From Gammaproteobacteria bacterium (GTDB lineage: Bacteria > Pseudomonadota > Gammaproteobacteria > JAJPIJ01), in contig JAXMGY010000002.1 of assembly GCA_046347035.1 (NCBI GenBank), positions 24,552 to 88,551 of the forward strand: 64,000 bases of DNA, in the 5' to 3' direction. The notes under the pieces are model-generated. The model searched no databases. It had not been told where the DNA came from and was given only the letters and a program-made list of their open reading frames with translations. Of this stretch, positions 59,031 through 64,000 are shown piece by piece. Positions within the stretch are counted from its first letter, which is position 1. Each line of letters starts with the position of its first letter. A program made the translations under genes and the position numbers.

Positions 59031-60485
59031 TTAGTGTCGCCACGCACGACTGCGATCGACCGCGTTCGCAAATCGTTCGTGTATGGCTTTGGCAAGCGGC
59101 TCACTGTGCACGCGGCGCGTTGATCCGGCATCCGACCCTTTTTCGATTTCCAAACTAACTGCCGACGCAGTCAATTGCGCATTGCCGAATCCCGTCAACT
59201 CCGCGAGATCGTTAACCACAATTTCGCATCCGGTCGCCGCGGAAAGAAACCTGCTGAAATAGCCATTGCGCCCCAAACCGCCGTCGATGGAAATAGAGGC
59301 CCCCATCGGCACGTGCTTGCCCATGGCCGCAACGACCTGAGCCGCGCGCAGCGCCACGCCTTCAAGTACGGCGCGGACCAAATCATGGCGGGTTGTCTCC
59401 AATCCCAACCCCAGCCACATACCGGCGGCACTGCGATCCCAGTAAGGACACGCAAGCCCTGATAATGCCGGCACAAATACCAGTCCGCGCTCGATAGCGG
59501 AAACACCTTCAAATGTGTCTATCTGGTGATACTCACTAAACAATCCAAGTTTGCGGATCCAATCGATGGCGGACCCCGCGTTGTAAACGCCACCATCCAA
59601 CGCGTAGATCGGTGATTGTCCATGCAGCTGCCAGGCAATGGTTGGCAACAAACCGCTCCGTGGATCACTGTATGGCGAGTCGCCGGTCACGCACAGCGCG
59701 AAAGCACCGGTTCCGAAAGTGATCTTCGCATCACCGCAGCTTCGACAACCATGACCATATAGTGCCGCCTGTTGGTCGACGATACTCATGACGATGCGCG
59801 GCGCCGAGGATCCGCCGCCCATTTCGGCGAAACTGCCCGTGCACGGCACGATCTGCGGCAGCACAGACATCGGCACGCCAAACAGATCGCAGAGTTCCGA
59901 ATCCCATTGTCGAGTGCGAAGATTCATCAAACTGGTCCGCGATGCGGTGGTCACGTCGGTCACGAAACATTGGCACAGGCGATCCAGAAAAAAACTATCA
60001 CTCGTCCCCATGCGCAGCCGCCCTGCCGCAAGCAGCGCACGAGCGTTTGCAACGTGATCCAATATCCACCGCAGCTTGGTCGCCGAAAAATATGGGTCCA
60101 GTGGCAAGCCAGCGCGTGTCAGCGTCAATGCCTCGCAACCATCACTGCGTAACCGTTCGACCGTATCGTGCGTACGATTGTCCTGCCAGACGATGGCATT
60201 GTAGATTGGTTCGCCAGTTTTAGCGTCCCAGGCCACGACGGTTTCGCCTTGATTGTCGATCCCAAGTCCAGCGGCACCTTTTGACTGCTCGATACCCCGC
60301 TCTACCGAACGCAACAATTCATTGGCGTCATGCTCTACCCAACCAGGCTGCGGAAAATATTGTGCGTGAGTAATCGACTCCAAGGTTGTGAAGTCGCCAC
60401 TCTTATCGAGGCGATGGATCTTGGTTGCCGTCGTACCCTGATCGATGGCAACGACAAACTCGCTGTTACGAGTCGATGCGGACAT
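59031..60485 (-). CDS. FGGY-family carbohydrate kinase, glycerol kinase-like
   Basis: The 484-aa ORF contains VVAIDQGTTATK, GWVEHDANE, IVWQDNRT and DPYFSATKLRWILD. Confidence 0.8.
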   Translation of the reverse strand: MSASTRNSEFVVAIDQGTTATKIHRLDKSGDFTTLESITHAQYFPQPGWVEHDANELLRSVERGIEQSKGAAGLGIDNQGETVVAWDAKTGEPIYNAIVWQDNRTHDTVERLRSDGCEALTLTRAGLPLDPYFSATKLRWILDHVANARALLAAGRLRMGTSDSFFLDRLCQCFVTDVTTASRTSLMNLRTRQWDSELCDLFGVPMSVLPQIVPCTGSFAEMGGGSSAPRIVMSIVDQQAALYGHGCRSCGDAKITFGTGAFALCVTGDSPYSDPRSGLLPTIAWQLHGQSPIYALDGGVYNAGSAIDWIRKLGLFSEYHQIDTFEGVSAIERGLVFVPALSGLACPYWDRSAAGMWLGLGLETTRHDLVRAVLEGVALRAAQVVAAMGKHVPMGASISIDGGLGRNGYFSRFLSAATGCEIVVNDLAELTGFGNAQLTASAVSLEIEKGSDAGSTRRVHSEPLAKAIHERFANAVDRSRAWRH

Positions 60486-60488
60486 CGT

Positions 60489-61715
60489 TTACCGCTCCGA
60501 CGCAACAATAGTGAGCAACTGTGGCGATCGCAAGGAAGTGAGGGCAGCAGGCAATTTCAAACTCTGAAACGCCGCGAATGTAACTTTTCTTGACCACACT
60601 TCACGCCCACCGCTCACCACTTGCAACCGTCCGCGCCAGCGACGCTTGGCGCGCACATGCAAGGGAATGGCCGCAGCAATCGTCGAACCCACCGCCAACC
60701 TTTGTGGACAAACATACTGCAGGGGCGAAGTAGTGTTGACGACAATGTATGACGACGATTCCGCAAGTTCTCCACGCAGAGAAGCGATGATGCTCCCTGC
60801 CACTGCCCTCCCCTCGCGCCACGCGTTCCATGACGGTTCGACAGCGCGCAGAAGATTGCCGGCGGCAAAATAGGCCGGATCGGTGCAGCGTCCGTATTGA
60901 TCAATGATAGGTCCTTCAGTGCCGGGGTCGATTGCAATGTGACTGGCGCGCAACAGCGCTGATTCCGGCACAAAGTCGCCACTGAAGATAACGGCATCAC
61001 AATCGATACGCTCCGTGCCACCGGCTGTGTGCACGTCAACCGCGCTAACACGCTCACGACCATGAATCATCGCCACCGTGGCGTTGGTTATAAGACGAGT
61101 TCCCATTAGCTGGGGAAGAAAAGATTGAAAAAACCGAAGAGCACTGGAGCAGTTCTGATCTTCAATCATCGCAACCACTTTCGCTCCAGCACGCTTCAGC
61201 GTCAGCAGCGCCGAGTACGCTACCAGCTCACTTCCCACAACCACCGCACGCTTGCATGGGCTCCTTTGTGAAAGATATACAAACTGCTGCAATGCGCCGG
61301 TGGTCATGACGCCCCAAGGCCGTGAACCACTGATGAGACGCGCGCTGCGCGGCGTTTCTCTAATACCCATCGCCAACAAGACATGCCGGCCCGTTACGCG
61401 CTGTACGCCGTCCACCGTGCTGACATCAATCTCGCCGCCCCGATGTAGCGCCGTCGCGGTGGCTCCGCAGAGAATAGGCACATTATGGGCTGACTGCCGC
61501 AGGCGTTGCGCATAGTCAGGGCCTCGCAGCCAGCGATAAAACTCCAGCCAACCGAAACTGCGATGTCCGCAGTGGCGAGGGACGCCGCCAGCCACACTCT
61601 CGCGCTCGACCACGAGTATGTCGTGCACACCCCGCGCACGAAGCTCGCACGCTGCCGCCAATCCCGCCGGCCCCGCGCCGATAATGATGACATCGTACCG
61701 CGCGTTGATATTCAT
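60489..61715 (-). CDS. FAD/NAD(P)-binding pyridine-nucleotide-disulfide-type oxidoreductase
   Basis: ORF 60489..61763, trimmed to MNINARYDVIIIGAGPAGLAAA, 4 nt after the upstream stop. A second dinucleotide fold is present (RAVVVGSELVA). Confidence 0.75.
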   Translation of the reverse strand: MNINARYDVIIIGAGPAGLAAACELRARGVHDILVVERESVAGGVPRHCGHRSFGWLEFYRWLRGPDYAQRLRQSAHNVPILCGATATALHRGGEIDVSTVDGVQRVTGRHVLLAMGIRETPRSARLISGSRPWGVMTTGALQQFVYLSQRSPCKRAVVVGSELVAYSALLTLKRAGAKVVAMIEDQNCSSALRFFQSFLPQLMGTRLITNATVAMIHGRERVSAVDVHTAGGTERIDCDAVIFSGDFVPESALLRASHIAIDPGTEGPIIDQYGRCTDPAYFAAGNLLRAVEPSWNAWREGRAVAGSIIASLRGELAESSSYIVVNTTSPLQYVCPQRLAVGSTIAAAIPLHVRAKRRWRGRLQVVSGGREVWSRKVTFAAFQSLKLPAALTSLRSPQLLTIVASER

Positions 61716-61719
61716 GACA

Positions 61720-63093
61720 TTACGAAGTAATGCGGGTGGTGTTGAGATCACGCAAGCGGTCATCGGCCAATTCCGCCACCCGAGCGCTGCAATAGAAGCC
61801 TTGGCATCGCCCCATCATGCAACGCGTTCGCCGTTTCAATGCGCCGACACTGCAGGCTGGCAACGGCTCCTGTAACGCTGCTTCGATCTCGGCGCGCGTA
61901 ACCTGCTCGCAGTGGCAAATAATCTCACTTCGGCCAGACTGCTGATACGGACGCGGGCGATGCTCGGCGAGATTGGGCACGGGCGTCCATCGCGGCGATT
62001 TCGTAACGGACAATTCGCTGACTGACCCAGAGTAGAGCTTGGCAACATACGATGCGATGCCCAGAGCCGCGGTCAGTCCGGTTGAACGAATGCCGGCAAC
62101 CGTAATCCAGCGCTGCTCCCCGTCGATTGCGACTTGGTATTCCTTGCGTTCGGTGGCGGGGCGTAGGCCCGCATAGATGGCGTTGACTGGCTGCGTTCTC
62201 AGTGCGGGTAAAATCTTCTCGCCCTGCTCGATAAGCTGCGTCAGCACCCTCTGATCGACTGAAGCATCTTCGCGCGAGTCTTGTTCTTCCGCCGTCGGTC
62301 CGACAAGGACATTGCCAAAAATCGTGCGACAGACCAGCACACCCTTGGTCTTTTCAGTTGGCACGGGAAGAACGATCGACGTCAAAAGCGCCGCCGCAGT
62401 CTTGTCGTAAACAACAAACTGACCTTTACGCGGCTTAATCGTGAATCCAGGACGCTTGTGGATCGCTTCGATCAGATCGCCGTACAGTCCTGCTGCATTG
62501 ATCACGATTCGCGCACGCACGCCGCCCCGTGATGTATTCAGTTGCCAACTATCACCTTCGAACTTGCCACCGATCACTTCGCAATCACGGCGCACCTCTG
62601 CTCCGTGGGCAATCGCCTGCAACGCATAAGCCAGCGGCGCCGACCAGGGATCGATGAGATGTTCGCGCGGCACCCAAACCGCGCCCAGCGCCCTGGATGC
62701 CAAATTCGGCTCGCGTTTGTAAAGTTCGCTGGCGTCGATCTGAACCACATCGCGCACATTGTTTGCATGCGCCTTGGTGACGATGGCCGGCAATCCAGCA
62801 AGCTCTTCTTCCGTCCAGGCGACAACAAAAGCACCACATTCAAGCAGGGGAAGATTGAGCGGCTCGCGGATCGCCAAGTATTCCTCATAGCCAGCCTGCA
62901 TGCAGGCCAACTCGATACTACCTGGCGGCGCGTCGAAACCGGTGTGCAGAATGGCGCTATTACCCTTGCTGGCGCCGGAGAGAATGTCATGGCCCTTCTC
63001 CAGCAAGATCGACTTCAATCCACAAAGCGCCATCCGGCGCACAATGGCGCAGCCCACCACGCCGCCACCGATTACTGCGACATCAAATGTCAT
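61720..63093 (-). CDS. FAD-dependent dehydrogenase (GlpA/LhgO-like) with C-terminal BFD-like [2Fe-2S] motif
   Basis: The 457-aa ORF contains FDVAVIGGGVVGCAI and the C-terminal ICHCEQVTRAEIEAAL...RRTRCMMGRCQGFYC. Confidence 0.75.
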   Translation of the reverse strand: MTFDVAVIGGGVVGCAIVRRMALCGLKSILLEKGHDILSGASKGNSAILHTGFDAPPGSIELACMQAGYEEYLAIREPLNLPLLECGAFVVAWTEEELAGLPAIVTKAHANNVRDVVQIDASELYKREPNLASRALGAVWVPREHLIDPWSAPLAYALQAIAHGAEVRRDCEVIGGKFEGDSWQLNTSRGGVRARIVINAAGLYGDLIEAIHKRPGFTIKPRKGQFVVYDKTAAALLTSIVLPVPTEKTKGVLVCRTIFGNVLVGPTAEEQDSREDASVDQRVLTQLIEQGEKILPALRTQPVNAIYAGLRPATERKEYQVAIDGEQRWITVAGIRSTGLTAALGIASYVAKLYSGSVSELSVTKSPRWTPVPNLAEHRPRPYQQSGRSEIICHCEQVTRAEIEAALQEPLPACSVGALKRRTRCMMGRCQGFYCSARVAELADDRLRDLNTTRITS

Positions 63094-63114
63094 CGCACTA
63101 GAAACTATCTCCAG

Positions 63115-63151
63115 AAATGAAAACGGGTGTCACCGTTGCCGATGACACCCG
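63115..63151 (-). terminator. rho-independent terminator downstream of the permease gene
   Basis: The minus strand reads CGGGTGTCA-10 nt-TGACACCCG followed by TTTTCATTTCT. Confidence 0.7.
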
Positions 63152-63175
63152 TGCCTCGATACAGCGCGCCGTTAA

Positions 63176-64000
63176 TTAGGCTTCGCCGAAGCTGCGCTCT
63201 GAGGCAGCGATTTCCGCTTGACGCTTGGCGACAGCTTCCGGTGTAAGCGGCGGTCCTTCAAAACGATTGCGCTCAACGGCCCACCAAATCACACCCAGGG
63301 CCAGCAAACCCCAGAATAGCAGGTAGCCCACCTTCTCATTCGGCGGTTGAACGCCGACGATGATGAGAAGAATGCAGCCGATGATTGCGAGCGCGGCGAT
63401 CGGCTTGGACAGAGCGCCGAGATCGAACGGGCCTTTCTTGGTCCAGGTCTTGCCCTCATTGAGCAAGCCTGCCGCAATCGGCATCACGTAGGACACGTAA
63501 AGGAAAACCGCGCAACCGGTGGACAACACCACGAAGGCGTCACCGTACAAGGTCGCAATGACTGACAGCACGGCGCTTGCCCAAATCGCATTCGCGGGCG
63601 TGCGATGTGCATGGCTTACCTTACGCAGTGCGCCAGAGAAGAACGGCACACCCCCGTCACGGGAGAACGCATACAACATACGCGAGCAAGAGGTGAGACC
63701 AGCCAACGCACACAGGTAGTTGGACACGACGATGACGCAGATAAGGAAGTTGCGAAGCGGCACGTTCTTGATCTGTTCCAATACCATGTTGAATGAGGTC
63801 CAACCCTTGGCTGCACCCTCTGCCACCGACGGCAACGCCAGCACGAAGGAACAAACCATCACGTAACCAAAAACGCCAGACCACAGCACCGAATGAATCA
63901 TTCCCTTGGGTACTTCGACCGCAGCATTGCGTGTTTCTTCAGAGGTGTGACCCGAAGCGTCGAAACCCGTGATGGTGTAGACGCCCTGCAGCAGTCCGAG
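63176..64000 (-). CDS. APC-family amino acid permease; 5' end cut by the window edge
   Basis: ORF 63176..63901. The same frame stays open to position 64000 (LGLLQGVYTITGFDASGHTSEETRNAAVEVPKGMIHSV...). It has multiple TM segments and a cytoplasmic C-terminal tail. Confidence 0.8.
   Translation of the reverse strand, partial: LGLLQGVYTITGFDASGHTSEETRNAAVEVPKGMIHSVLWSGVFGYVMVCSFVLALPSVAEGAAKGWTSFNMVLEQIKNVPLRNFLICVIVVSNYLCALAGLTSCSRMLYAFSRDGGVPFFSGALRKVSHAHRTPANAIWASAVLSVIATLYGDAFVVLSTGCAVFLYVSYVMPIAAGLLNEGKTWTKKGPFDLGALSKPIAALAIIGCILLIIVGVQPPNEKVGYLLFWGLLALGVIWWAVERNRFEGPPLTPEAVAKRQAEIAASERSFGEA

Overview
This window holds about 60 protein-coding genes from the chromosome core of a high-GC (by eye) Beta/Gammaproteobacterium. 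Most lie on the minus strand. The conserved blocks are hslVU-DUF971-ubiE-ubiJ-ubiB, dapF-DUF484-xerC, ilvIH-ilvC-pssA-leuA, argC...erpA-anmK-M23 peptidase-tyrS, hemJ, thiDE-hemL and fabA. I recognised no rRNA, tRNA, CRISPR array, transposase or prophage gene by eye.

The accessory-looking parts are:
- a murein-recycling-like locus (nagZ translationally coupled to ABC permeases, plus a binding protein, a beta-lactamase-fold hydrolase and a YkuD protein), interrupted by an ECF sigma module
- three c-di-GMP turnover genes
- an uncharacterised translationally coupled gene pair (17660..19113)
- a CheC-like gene coupled to a PAS-GGDEF gene
- an orphan 6-Cys secreted peptide
- a FAD-oxidoreductase/FGGY-kinase cluster

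The best candidate for something undescribed is at 38.7-43.0 kb. Three non-paralogous PEP-CTERM (VPLPA-type) secreted protein genes each carry the same Pho-box-like tandem heptamer (CGAAT-[C/T]TGTAAG-N4-TTGTAAG-N11-TAnnnT) in their promoter. They sit next to a SARP/BTAD-type winged-helix activator gene.

Quality caveat: at least nine single-nucleotide indels disrupt otherwise well-conserved genes (pssA x3, ilvI, one PEP-CTERM gene, the M23 peptidase x2, argC, one GGDEF-EAL gene). Several sit in short homopolymers, so sequencing or assembly error is more likely than real gene decay.

All family assignments come from motif recognition by eye. No database search was run.
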